A DNA stretch of 64,000 nt from Flectonema sp. DT1601 (taxonomy: Eukaryota): the NCBI GenBank assembly GCA_964019425.1, contig OZ025782.1:682001-746000 (forward strand). Reading direction: 5' to 3'. Shown here one piece after another: positions 26,035 through 38,455 of this stretch. Positions within the stretch are counted from its first letter, which is position 1. Every line of letters begins with the position of its first letter. A program made the translations under genes and the position numbers. The notes below the pieces were generated by a model, which was given only the letters and a program-made list of their open reading frames with translations, ran no database searches and was not told the DNA's origin.

Positions 26035-28193
26035 TTTAATTGGATTTAGGTGTTTGAAATAGGGAATGAGACTCTTTTTTTTTTATTATGTTTGTTTTTT
26101 ATTTTCTTTTGCTCTATATAAACTGTCTCTCCTTTTGTAGGTGAACCACCCACCGGATTAAGATTGTATCACTTTGTGTCATTTGGCCTAATGGTGTTAA
26201 TGGTTTAGGTGTGCATATTTAATCTTTTTATCTGTTACTTTTGTGTGCTTTGCTATCTGCTTCTGTAAGTGAAGTAGTCAACGCGCTCGCTTAATTGCGC
26301 TATTTGCAGAATTCGCAGATGGCAGCTGTCAGTTTCTACTGATTTTTTTTTTTTTTTTTTTTTTTTTTGTTGTTGTTTTTTATTCTCATTTGTATGATGG
26401 AATTGTTTAGTTTTAATTTGAAAGAGCCATGTTGATATTTTGGTATTTTTTTTTTTTTTTTTTTTTTCCTCTTCGTTTGAAGAAACCTACACAACTCAAC
26501 CATAAGGTGTGTAGTGTAGGTTACTGTAGCTGCTTTCTCGTTAATTGAGATAAAGCTGTGAGAGGTCATTTCAACCATTTTTTTTTGTTTTTTTAAGCAT
26601 CTGAAAAACAAATCAAAATACTGTACTAATCAAAGGGTAAAACTTCATTTCCCCTCACTATTCATATTCTTTTTTTTTCGCACCCCCTTTTCTCTCTCTT
26701 TTTCTTTGCAAACAGCAAAGCAATACTAGAACAAAAAGAAACAAAGAAAAAAACATGGTTACAGCGCCAAAAAAATGTAGGCTTAGTATTTTTATTTTCA
26801 ATTTCGTTCATTTTAATTCTTTATCTTTAGTTTTCGTTAAGCTGCGCAAGCTGCTTTTACCTAGCACTCATAATATGCGCCTATCAAAAGTGGGCCCTCT
26901 TTATCCCATAATAAATCCGTAATTTTTTTTTTTTCAATCCCAGCCTTTATTAAGTGCCTATATATATGGGCTGATTTGTAAGGGCGCTGCAACCATGAAA
27001 TAGACTAAAAAAAAAAGAAAAGAATGCCAGAATAGCACATCTAAAACATTTTTTAACTGTAAAATTGTGTACAACACGCCGCTAAGTATCGCGACTTGTG
27101 TGAATCAACATTTGTGTTGTTTTGTTTGTGCTGATACATCAGTTCATTTATGGGAGAGAAAACATCAATAGTATTCTAGTATTCTTTTTTTTATTTTTTA
27201 AATTTTTTTATTTTTTTTTTTATGTTTTTTTTTTTGTTTCTTGTTCTTGTCTTCAAATATATTGAACTCATCTTTCTCTGATGTGTGACGCAGAGAGTTA
27301 GGTGATGCAGCGAATCGCTTTCCTTTTTTTTTTTCTTCTTTATTTTTATTCGTTTCTTTTCCTTGTTGGAGCAACTGCGGATTAAAATAGTACGGAATAG
27401 TTCAGTGTTATTGGACTCTGGTCCACTCTCATCGTTGCATTGTACTGTAGAGATTCTTAACAAGGTCTCAGCAAATCATGTTCTGTCTGTTTTTTGTATT
27501 TCGCGTTGCCTTTGTTCCGCTGCCCAAGAGCCCATTCGCACTTTTTTTCTTAAATCGTTGCATGCGCCTCCCACTCTCAGTGAGTGCTGGTTGGTGAGTT
27601 GCGGTTGTCTGGTTGCCATATAAACAGACACTTCAACATCATTTATATATCTCTCTTCATTATTATTGCTACAGTGCGTGTCTGAGAAAATCGTTGCCAA
27701 CACGTCTACAAGATTAGCATCTTTTTTGCGCTCTGTAAGAAAGTGGTGGGAATCATCCTTCATTATATAATAAAATAACAAAATATTAACGAAAACATAG
27801 ACATCAGTTTTCTGTAATATCTGCGAATACAATACAAAACAAGCAATCTGTTTGTAGGAACATGTGGTTTTTTTGTCTGTGTCTGAGTTCTTTTTTATTG
27901 TTCTTCACAACTCTCTCTTAGAAAAACAAATAAACAAGAATACGTGTGTCCATCTTTTTGTATGATATAATTAAATCCGGATCATAGGTATTACTGCATA
28001 TATCAAATAGTTATGTTTTTGTGTATCTATTTTTATTCAGTTACTTATCTCTGTTGGTGTTAAGACTCTTCCAGTACTTTAGTTGCGTTTCTCTCAACAT
28101 AGAGAGAGTACACAGAGGAGTCATAGTTCTAGTGGTGTATCTTACTTTTTCTTTTTTAATAAATTTTCATTCTATATATCAGTTTTGGGGGAG

Positions 28194-29342
28194 ATGTATA
28201 AGATAAGGAGGCCCGCAGCTGAGGATTGCTCAACGCTTCCTGTCGCGACTGTCCCGTCTGTTCTTCGTCACTATTTTCAATTCTTTACCGGAAATGAGAA
28301 GCTCCATTACTTTAACTACGTGGAAAGACGAGGGCAGAATGGAAAGATAATGCCCAGGGTTGCTATTGTTGTACAAACAAACTTGGTAATCGCGGACTTA
28401 AAGGGACGTGTAAAGAGATGCATTGCCATACAAGACATCAGCACTATCAAAGTTGAAGTAGTACAAAATACTTCAATGGTCCACATCACAGTACCGTCAG
28501 AGTATGATATTCTTGTTGATGTTATTAGAAGTGGTCAGGTATTTATTAAAGCGCTCACGTTAATAAAAAGAATGATGGGGGAGTCAATAAACTTAATAAT
28601 GGGTACTCTGGGAGCTGTTCAGCAAATGAATTTAAAGTGTCCAAGTGGATTAAAAAAGAAAACATGTTTTCAACTATTAGAAACAACCCAAAACAATATT
28701 CAAAGCAATAGAAGTGGGTCCTCGTCTAGTGATAGAAGCCAGCGATCGACTTCTGCATGCAGTTTACCAATTTGCTGTTCCAAAGTTTGTCTAGATTTGG
28801 GAACTTCTTTAACATCGGAAATGAGTTTTCCGACATCAGACAGCACGTGGGTAGATCTTAACTCCACCTTACCCACTGCTCTTAGTAGCATAGCAAGTAG
28901 TCAGCAGGCTGCTGTTGGTGCTGCTGTTGTTATTTTATCTGCTTGTGAGCTGCTACAGGAATTAACAAATGTACTGTCAGCTATCAGTAGAGAATCCCGT
29001 TGTGGAATTAAACTAGAAAGTAAAATATTAACAAATAGAACCACCACACCAACTGATGATATCTACAGTGGTGATCTTCGATCAGGTTCATGTGATACTT
29101 TCGGGAAAACAAAGTGGGTAGTGGGTGATACTGCGGAAGTGTTTCACTCTCAAGACTCAGATTTCATGGGATGGTCTTCATGTTCTGTTGTTAACTTCTC
29201 TGATAGCGGAGTTACAATTAGACTTCACATCACATCATTAAATACATCTCCAGATCTTATTGATAGAATATCAGTTAAGGGAACTCAACTCCGTAGACCA
29301 ATTCACACTGAGCCGTGTCTTGTTAGCTGTTGGTGTAGCTAA
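28194..29342 (+). CDS. Protein with an N-terminal PH/TH1-like domain and a C-terminal Tudor/Agenet-like domain
   Basis: Start MYKIRR after acceptor ATCAG (28182); RVAIVVQTNLVIADLKGRVKRCIAIQDI...VPSEYDILV; C-terminal KWVVGDTAEVF...GWSSCSVV. Confidence 0.75.
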   Translation: MYKIRRPAAEDCSTLPVATVPSVLRHYFQFFTGNEKLHYFNYVERRGQNGKIMPRVAIVVQTNLVIADLKGRVKRCIAIQDISTIKVEVVQNTSMVHITVPSEYDILVDVIRSGQVFIKALTLIKRMMGESINLIMGTLGAVQQMNLKCPSGLKKKTCFQLLETTQNNIQSNRSGSSSSDRSQRSTSACSLPICCSKVCLDLGTSLTSEMSFPTSDSTWVDLNSTLPTALSSIASSQQAAVGAAVVILSACELLQELTNVLSAISRESRCGIKLESKILTNRTTTPTDDIYSGDLRSGSCDTFGKTKWVVGDTAEVFHSQDSDFMGWSSCSVVNFSDSGVTIRLHITSLNTSPDLIDRISVKGTQLRRPIHTEPCLVSCWCS

Positions 29343-29518
29343 CACTTTTACTAAGTTAACATTTTGTATCCGAAATTTTATACTTAGTCAGCCGTCTGCA
29401 CGCGGGCGGTGGGTTTAGGTAGTCATTTGTTTCAGGTTATTCTACGTCTCTTATCGTCTGTGAGAGTCTCACGGTTGGCTTGAATTGCTTTTCCTGATTT
29501 TTGGCTTCCTAGACTTCG

Positions 29519-29670
<152 letters not shown>

Positions 29671-31615
29671 TTTTAAAGTTTGTGCAGTATTTTACTTCAC
29701 ATCCAAGCTTCTTCGTTTTTATTTGTTTCTTCTCATTTCGGCTGTTCTAACGCATCCTTGAAAACCCCTAACTTTTCCGTGAAGAAAGGGGGGAAAAAAA
29801 AAGAAAAAAAAAAAAGAAAGAAAGAAAAAAAAATAAGTAATTAAATTTACTTTGATTTTAATACAATCTTTTGATATTTAATTATTTATACCGACACTTG
29901 GAAATATTAACGTTGATGTTATTCTTTGTTTTTTTTCTCTATTTGTTGAAACAGCCTGTGTGCTCTTTTTCTATCTCTTTTCTCGTTACAATGCTCCTCC
30001 AGACCAGAGTAAGTGAACGTAGTGATTGAGATAGATATTTTCCGTGAGTCCTATATTTTAGGTTGCCCAAAGTAATTAATTTTATTTGGAGAACTCTATT
30101 TTATTTACTAAAAACCGTTTTTTTTTTTTTTTTTTGTTGCAAAATAATCAAAGCGCTCTCTCCTTTTTTAATTCTCTGAATGACAACTGTTCTCAAGTGG
30201 ATCTGACCAGAGAATTAAGAAATAATACGCTCTCTCGATGAATAACAACCAAGATCTGCACTCATCCACGCTCCAGAAAGGCTCACGCCAATTCCTTCGT
30301 GGTATGGATCACGCACTTCTACTCAAAGGTTGGAGAAAGTCATTTATTTTTCATCATAATTTTTACGATGTTTGTCTCTCATTCTGGCTCTGATATTTCC
30401 AGAGTTTTCTGCGTGTTGATAAAACAAACAATCGAAATACTCTCTTCTTCGCTCATTCGGAAGACTATATCTGTCTGTTATATTCCTATTCCGCTTTGGA
30501 AAGAACCTTGATAGCTCTGCTAAAGCTACTTTTCTCTCTTCTATTTAGACAACCGTTTCTAGGGCAGTAGTGTTTCTGTGAACATGATTGTTCCTTGAAT
30601 GGTATTATCAGAGCGACCAATTGAAAGGAAACCTCTGAAATGTGTTTTGCTTCCCCTTTTTAAAAACCTTCTTGTAGTACTTTAAAATTTTTCTACAAGA
30701 GCTCTTTACTATTCTACCCGAGTCCTTGAATGGAGTTCGGTTTTGTTTTTTTTGACTCTTGCTTGATACAACTGACCTTTGACTCAACACAAAAAGAAAG
30801 AAAAAAAAAAAAAGAAAAAAAAAAATGAGAAGACTAAGGAAGCAGTTTTGTTGTCAGCAATTGTTGTCGTGGATTTTGTTTTGTTTGTTTTTTGTTGTTA
30901 GCAGTTGAACTTGAAAAATGGAATTTATAAAAAATTGAAAAGAAATAATTAAAAAAAAAAAAAAAAGTGAAGCGCATTAGGCTGTAGACTGAATGCTTCC
31001 CTAACCAACGTGTACAACCTTGTCTTGAGATTTGGTTGCTCTTTAATGTTTCTTATATTTAACGCAGCCATCATTAGTCTTTATGAACTTTTGCTGCTTT
31101 GCACATATTGTGATTGCTGACGTGTTTCGTTTTACCTTGTTTTATTACACTTACCTTTTAGCAACTGTGAAATCAGTCAAGTACATCTTCCCGTCAATAA
31201 GTTTCACGCAGGAAAAAACGGTAGAAGTAGTTATGTCTCCTTACTTAGTGAGACTCGTGTGAGTATTGAACCTAGTACTTGCTACTGCGTGGGTCTGTTG
31301 TTAATTTTGTTTTGTTGTTTATTATTATTATATTATTGGTCTGATTTATATGAGAGTTCAGCTGTGCTAAACTAACTTAGTGAGCTCCAACTCGAATGGT
31401 GGTATCGGTGGTTTAAAAAAAATATTTAAACTTTCTGAAAAAAATAAAATAAAAATAACATCATTAGGGTTATGTTCTGTTTTAGTTCTTGTTGCTTTAA
31501 CTAAGTTATTTTGTTATGGTCGCTGAAACTTCTATTTGAGTTTTCTATATTTCTTTTTTATGTTGTTTTTTTTTATAAACAAAATCCTCAAAGTTCAGTT
31601 AAAAAAATATATATG

Positions 31616-32003
31616 TCAGCCAAAATTATTTTTGCGACCAAATTCTGAACAATGAAAATATTTTTTTAATTCAAAAAAAAAAAAAAAAAAAAAATAGTAA
31701 TAATTTCGATCGAAGCGGCATTTTAACGCGCCGCATCTTTCGGTTCATTTCCGTCCGAAATCGGGAGGTTGGCATCGCATACCTGTCACCTGAATTGAGA
31801 AAAGAGTTTTGTGGTTTACTAAATCAGCTCAGCCGTGGACAAGTACTAAACTAAATATTAATCAAACGGTCTACTTTGACACTGCTGTCCTAGTGGGATC
31901 CAGAGAACAAAAAATCGAGCAATAATAACATGTTGTATAACCATTGCTCAGGCAGTGAGAAAATGGTGCGTTTTTTTTGGTCGCAAAAAATAATTTTGAC
32001 TGA
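31616..32003. mobile_element. Putative MITE / non-autonomous TIR element (~390 bp)
   Basis: TCAGCCAAAATTATTTTTGCGACCAAA (31616-31642) is the near-perfect inverse of TTTGGTCGCAAAAAATAATTTTGACTGA (31976-32003); no ORF inside. Confidence 0.65.
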
Positions 32004-32454
32004 TTCTTAGTAACATTATCTTGGATTGTAATAACTTTTTGGGTGCCGTGAGCCCTCTGGTTGCAGTTAGACTTACTTTACTTATTGTAGTACTCAAATT
32101 AGAATTTAATAAATGCTATCTTAATTGATTGTACTCTTTATCGAATACTACAAATTACATTAAAACACTTATCATCGATAAAATAGGAAAAGGGAAATCA
32201 ATTTTCTCACTCTTGTTGCATTAACTGCTACACGTCTTGTTGACACACTAAATATCTGTGTGTTGATTGAGCAGCATGAGATCCGAATTAATCGATGTTC
32301 AAATTGAAACATTTTTTTTTTTTTTTTTTTTTTTTTTGAATTCCCGTTCACCTCCTTTCTGCTAATCGATTCGTTTTTCATATTACTAACTCTCACAACT
32401 GATAAACTAATATCACTTTTATTTTATTCTATACAAGGGCGTTTATTACATATA

Positions 32455-33009
32455 ATGGCTCGTCGTTTTCTATTAGGAACAGCATCAGCAGTTGGTATCG
32501 GAGGAATGTACTGGGCTACAAAAGAAGACACAACAGTTGGATGGGTTGTTGAACACAATACCTTAGCTAAGTGGAGTGGTGATAAAGTAATTTGTATGAA
32601 AAAACCGAGTGGACTACTCTCTTTTAGATGGAATGAGAAAATGACAGAAGGACGTTGGACATGGACGGTGTTGGTAGAGGGTAAAACAGAATGTGGTCTG
32701 CATGACATTACTTATACAAGAGAGTATCAATTTAAAGTTCAAAAAAATGATGATAAAACATGGAGAGGAATAGAGGTCCCAAATACTTTTTCATGCGGAT
32801 CATCATACACAAGAACCCTCCACGATATTGGAAATAAAATAACCTTTACGATAGACTTCGATAGTGGAACCGTAACCATAATAGATGCTTTAACTGGCAG
32901 CGTAGTAGCTAAGTCAAGTATTGATAAAAACACTGCTCTCTATCCTGTTATTAGAATGCAGCAATCTGGTGACACCGTTCGGATGATATCTCGCCCTTCT
33001 ATCTGTTGA
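32455..33009 (+). CDS. SPRY/B30.2-like beta-sandwich protein with an N-terminal targeting/TM segment
   Basis: MARRFLLGTASAVGIGGMYW; GRWTWTV...GNKITFTIDFDSGTVT...LYPVIRM...GDTVR resembles SPRY. Confidence 0.7.
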   Translation: MARRFLLGTASAVGIGGMYWATKEDTTVGWVVEHNTLAKWSGDKVICMKKPSGLLSFRWNEKMTEGRWTWTVLVEGKTECGLHDITYTREYQFKVQKNDDKTWRGIEVPNTFSCGSSYTRTLHDIGNKITFTIDFDSGTVTIIDALTGSVVAKSSIDKNTALYPVIRMQQSGDTVRMISRPSIC

Positions 33010-33338
33010 AATTCTGTTGTATTAGATAAGCAACAGTCGTCATGTGTTTGTTATTTTGTGACTGAATGGCTACCGCGGTTCGATACGGGGAAAAAAAAAA
33101 AAAATAAATAAATAAAATAAACACTAAAAGTATTATTGTAACATTTCTTACAATCAGCTGCGAGCATTCGTAACTGCTACGAGCGTGGCTTTGAAAAAAA
33201 AAAAAAAAAAAAAAAATTGAAATTCAGATTATCATTATTGTTATTCTTCTCCTCAGCCGTTGCAAAAAAAAAAAGAAAAAAAATCAAAACGATTTTAAAG
33301 TAGTAAGTGAAGAATACGACAATTGTCCCACACCAACT

Positions 33339-35537
33339 ATGGAGAACCCAATGCAGACATACTGCAGGTTAGTTGGAAAATGTGAAAGTAGAATGAGAGT
33401 GTCTGGGAAAACAATTGACGTTCGAGACAAAGAAGGAGGAGTAAAGAAATATAAACTTGACGGAGTACTACCAACGGGAACTAGTCAATTTGATGTTTAT
33501 AAAGAAGTTGGAATACCTGTCGTGACTCAAGTAATTAGAGGAAATGATGCCACAGTCATATCTTGTGGAGGCGTTGAAACAGGAAAGACAACAACTTTAT
33601 TTGGAAGTTCAGAACTACCTCTTACAGGTGACAACAGAGGGCTTTTTGTACGAGTGATTGATTCATCTTTATCAAGACTTGGCAACTCAGTACAAGCATA
33701 CATATCAATGGTTGCTATCACTCAAGAGAATATTTTACACGATCTTCTAAAAGACTTCACTATCAACAGCAATGAGTCTTTTCAATTATCACAAATGGAA
33801 CAGCTTGAAAGATCTGAAGACCCTTACACGTTGTGGTCAAAAATCTTAAAGGGTTGTACGGCTCTAAAAACACGTTCAAAGAATGTCATCTACAGCGCTG
33901 TTCGTAATTCTCTGCAACAGAAAGTTAAAGGAGACTTCATTGTCATCGTTCGATTACAACCTGAACAAGAAAGTATTAGATCGAGCAATATTATGTTTGT
34001 TGATTGCAGTCCAGTTTTCTCAAGATCTGTTCACAATCTAAGAGACGTGTCTAGTCTACTGGCCCTTCATAATAGAAGTCACTGGCGTATTCCTTATGGT
34101 AAGTTTATATTAACATCATTATTGAAAAGTGACTTCTCACATCATAGTATGTCTGCTACAAAGATTGTAGCTCATTGTCGTATGAGTGATGTTGATTTGA
34201 ATATTTTTGACAGTTCTTCGGTGTTGTCGTTTGCGTCAATGGCGATGTTGATTCCACGTAAACCAAAACTAAAAACCAACACAAAGCATAGCGAACGTTC
34301 GGAAAAGAAATCCGCTGCCCCTTCAACACTTCTAATAACGGAATCTCTAGATAATAAAAGTACATCTCCGCCTTCAATCAAGACATTGTCATCACCTGCT
34401 GCAGCTGATGGAGCCCCAACACTATTGTCACCAAACTCTCATGGCTTATTTACTTCTTACTTACAATGTTTAACTAAGCAACTTCGTAGTAAAGAAGATG
34501 AATTAAAATCACAACAATTCTCCTTAGAAAGCGCTACAGTAGAATTACAGAAGCAAAAAACGACTTCGGAGCTGCAAGACGTTAGAATTCGAGAGTTAGA
34601 AAAAGAATTGGAGGCTGCATCAAATAACGTAGACAACAACAACAACAATGATGATATTGAACAAGTTGTGAGTGATGGAGAATTAATTGTCGTTCAGGCA
34701 GCTCGCACAGATGATCTTTCTATAGATGAGTGGCAACCAGAGAATAGTGATGAACTATTGTCAGACATCAGCCCAGACTCTTCCATATCAAAAAGCGAGC
34801 TTATTCAATGCCTACGCTGCAGCCGAAATGAATCTCGCGATCTTGCCCGTCGTCTTGAATCGTCAGAAAAACAAAAACAATCACTTATCGTAAAACACAT
34901 TACATCATTGTCTTGTCTAGAAGAGAATAAAAGATGGATGCGAAGGCTGAAGAAGAGCATCATATCAGAAAAAGAGAAACGTCTCCCAGCGATAAATAAT
35001 GATTTTCAGGCGAGGAAGAATGGAGCAGCCTTGGCTGTAAAAGAAAAAGAATGCAAAAAATTCAAAGAATCGATGGAAAGTCTTCAAGCGATGGTGACTC
35101 GATTATCGAGTGAGTATAATGAAAAGAGAAGTTCAGATTTATTAGCTATTCGTCAGAAACTATTGCAGTCATCTGGGACTAATCTTCAAGTTGATGAATT
35201 GGTGTGCGAGAATGCGGCTCTACGAGACAACATCTCCTCAATAATGAAAATAATGGAACATTGCTATACCGAAAATAAAGAATTATCTCAGCAGCTGTCA
35301 GGCCTCAGATGTAAACTTGTCGCTGCTGATGAAACAACTGCGGGATTAGAACAACGAATTCTTCAAAACTACAGTCAACCTGTCTCAGGTGTTCCTATTG
35401 TGTCAGTCTCTACCTCAATACCATCACTTGATATAAATAATGGAAGGGCTGGATGGCCAACTGCTGTTCCACCACCTCAGTTAGAACAAACACCCAGAAG
35501 GACTAATGGAAACAAAACTCAATTTGAAATGAGATGA
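33339..35537 (+). CDS. Kinesin-like protein with a degenerate motor domain and C-terminal coiled coil
   Basis: YKLDGV...SQFDVY, GNDATVISCGGVETGKTTTLFG (P-loop), FVD, IPYGKFILTSLLK, SVLSFAS. Confidence 0.8.
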   Translation: MENPMQTYCRLVGKCESRMRVSGKTIDVRDKEGGVKKYKLDGVLPTGTSQFDVYKEVGIPVVTQVIRGNDATVISCGGVETGKTTTLFGSSELPLTGDNRGLFVRVIDSSLSRLGNSVQAYISMVAITQENILHDLLKDFTINSNESFQLSQMEQLERSEDPYTLWSKILKGCTALKTRSKNVIYSAVRNSLQQKVKGDFIVIVRLQPEQESIRSSNIMFVDCSPVFSRSVHNLRDVSSLLALHNRSHWRIPYGKFILTSLLKSDFSHHSMSATKIVAHCRMSDVDLNIFDSSSVLSFASMAMLIPRKPKLKTNTKHSERSEKKSAAPSTLLITESLDNKSTSPPSIKTLSSPAAADGAPTLLSPNSHGLFTSYLQCLTKQLRSKEDELKSQQFSLESATVELQKQKTTSELQDVRIRELEKELEAASNNVDNNNNNDDIEQVVSDGELIVVQAARTDDLSIDEWQPENSDELLSDISPDSSISKSELIQCLRCSRNESRDLARRLESSEKQKQSLIVKHITSLSCLEENKRWMRRLKKSIISEKEKRLPAINNDFQARKNGAALAVKEKECKKFKESMESLQAMVTRLSSEYNEKRSSDLLAIRQKLLQSSGTNLQVDELVCENAALRDNISSIMKIMEHCYTENKELSQQLSGLRCKLVAADETTAGLEQRILQNYSQPVSGVPIVSVSTSIPSLDINNGRAGWPTAVPPPQLEQTPRRTNGNKTQFEMR

Positions 35538-36024
35538 TTACTCTTTTCACGATCGTAATGTTTATTTCATCTTCGCTAAGTAGTTTTAGCCAACACAGCA
35601 GTTTTGTTTTCTTTGTTAGGTTTCAATTCTTATTTGTCATTAATAATTCTCCCGTGTAAACTAATTCGTTTTCCTCCCTCTCTTCCTCCCCACTTACGTT
35701 GAGGTAGTCGAATTACCATAACTAAGCCAGACATCGCTTCTTAACAGTAAGCACTATAAACTAGGCAGGTGGTTAGTATCATTTATGATTATTATGTGGC
35801 TGTATTTACACCTTTTTTAAAGCCATTTTTTGTGTCGTATGCTTAAGGTAACGGCAACTTACTAACTCCATCACTGATACCAAGCTATTAGTGGGAACCA
35901 TGCATGCTTTGTGTGTTTGTACAGGGAAACGTTAAATGCTCTCTTTCTCTTATTTTTGTGGAATTACGAGTTTTCCTTTTTTTCTTTTTTTTTGCATTTA
36001 ACAAGTATTGTAAGAGCGAAAAGG

Positions 36025-36087
36025 AATGTTGGGTAGCACACGTAAACCTCTCTTAGCTTGATCAGTTTAAGTTGGATTTCGTGCACA
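36025..36087. repeat. Hairpin repeat family B, copy 1 (degenerate)
   Basis: AATGTTGGGTAGCACACGTAAACCTC...TCAGTT...TTTCGTGCACA is homologous to 51501-51570. Confidence 0.7.
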
Positions 36088-36461
36088 AACACACTTGTTA
36101 TTGGTATTTACACTTTGAAATGTGATTTTTGCTCAATAGTCGTAGTGGATTCTCTTTTTTTCTTTTGCTTTTTCTCTCTAATTAAAACTACTATGCCGTC
36201 TTTTTTTGATATTGTCAAATCAGAGTAACCGAATTGCTTTGCTGACGATATTCACCTCTCATTGTAGATGTGTTTTTTTGGTGGTCTTTCTTTTTGTTTC
36301 TCCTCTACTATCCCATCAGAGCTAATCTTATAATTATTAATAAGTTGAATCAGGTTGAAGTAGTTGGTGTCTTCTGAGTGTGTGATAGTTCGTTCTGATA
36401 GCCTGTTATGTATTTTATCGATTTCAGAAAACTGTTTCCCCGTTCCTTCCCCTCCTGCAAA

Positions 36462-36519
36462 ATGGACTCGGATAGCGATCTTTTAGAGTTAGAGAGAACG
36501 TATCTTTCAGATCAGGTAT

Positions 36520-36555
<36 letters not shown>

Positions 36556-37830
36556 ATAAAAAAAAATAAATTAGTATTTTTTTTAATATTACAATATCAA
36601 TAAACATAACAGGAACTGATATCCAAAACTGGATGTCGAGATTTAACAAAAGTCGGTAGACTCGAAACAATAATCGACACGGTTGAGGTAGCGATAGGAG
36701 AGTTGGGAAAGAGACTTCCTAATTTGATACAATTAAAACTAAGTGGGTCAAACATCCCAACAATTCGAGACTTAGGAACTTCGCTATACTCTCTACGAGT
36801 ACTTTGGTTAAATAGAAGTGGAGTTACGAGTATTGCTGGTGTCTCATCGCTTACTGCTTTAGAAGAACTTTATTTAGCATTTAATCATCTTACAGATTTG
36901 AGTCCTGCTGCCGGGTGTTTGACTTTACAAACATTAGATGCGGAGGGTAATCAAGTTGAGAGTGTAGATGATATTCATATCCTCGGTCAGTGTCCAATGT
37001 TAACATCATTAACACTTGAAGGTAATCCAATACAAAGACTATCTTGTTATAATAAGAAAGTTATTATGGAAGCCATCCCTTCTCTTCAATTACTTGATGA
37101 TATCGATCTTTCTCAATCTGGTGATCACATTTCACATCAACTTAATGGTGATGATGGTGATGATGAAACATACACAGCGATGACAAACTTTCCATCTCCG
37201 CTTACAACTCCAATAGATCCTCAAGACTGGCCGCAGTGTGAGAGAAATGGAAGTAAGAATATCGCATCGATAATCGAAAGTATGAAAGCAGCGATTGAGT
37301 CGAAAAGATCGTTTGAGACAGCTGGTGTCACTGAAGAAGATATGAGAGCACGCGAGTGTAGAATGATTCAAGAATCAATAAAAAGAACATCATCAGCACT
37401 TAATGAAGAACGAGCAGCAAGTAGAGCTGGTCGTCCAGGTACTGCTCGACCACAAACAGAAATGTCATCATTTCTTGGATGTCGTCCAACTACTGCTGGA
37501 GGTTCTCATACAACATGTCAGCTACCACCTGAAGTAGCTGATGTTGGGTCTTCAATCTTAACACATAATACTACTTCAATATTCTGTGGTAATCCAACTA
37601 GGTCTTTGCGATCTCGTATTTTAGATTCTTCAGATGACTCAAATTGTGTACCAACTCATTCATCTTCAACGATTGCTCAGTCTCTTGAAATACGAGGAGA
37701 TGAAGCACTGTTAGACACCATTGCTGCTTCTCGGCAATCAGAACAAAGTGATGCTTCCCTCTTTTCATTCTTTACAAAGTCTGAAGCCATTTCATTAGAA
37801 TCTGTTCCACCTGTTGAGATGGTTTTATAA
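36462..37830 (+). CDS. LRRC56: Leucine-rich repeat protein 56 (ODA8-like, flagellar dynein-arm assembly / IFT cargo); 2 exons
   Basis: Exon 1 36462-36515, intron 36516-36612, exon 2 in frame. LGKRLPNLIQLKLSGS..TIRDLGTSL..LRVLWL, LEELYLAFN, LTLEGNP and C-terminal SSILTH...FCGNPTRSLR are typical of LRRC56. Confidence 0.85.
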
Positions 37831-38455
37831 ATTCCTGAGATGTTACTTGTCGTTGTTATAAAGTAAACACATTCGTTAATCATAAACCCTGCAATGGGAA
37901 TCTTATAGAAAGGTTCTACCTTAATGTTCCTGTTACTATTAATTTATTACTGTTTTTTTTAATCATAAAATCCTTTCTGATATGTTGAGATCTGTTAACA
38001 TTCAAGCAACACTGATGCCCGATGACAGGATGGTCCACCCGGTCGTTTACTGTTTTAATTTTCTTCTTGTTGAATTCGATTATTCGCTCTCTCTCCTGCT
38101 TGGTTTAAGAAAAAGTTTGCTGCGGAGGCTGCATATTTTTTTCTTCGTTTTTTTTTCCCCCTTAAATTACTTTTTTCATTTACCCAATTACAATCTTCTG
38201 AAAATTCTACTTCATCTGCTCTTACACATTATCTGTGCTTGTGAGTAAAGTCAGTTCAATTTTCTGATTGCCTCAGTGATAGTTTCCTGTGCCTAATTTG
38301 GTTATATTTACATGTTTCCAGTTTGTATGGCAATCAGAACGTCCCATTTAGTTTCTTAATAATTATCCTACAGATTAGGTTCTGTTGCCATTCACTTTTA
38401 TTATTACAATTATAAACTTATGTTATTATTGTCTAACAGCTCCCTGCTGCTATAA

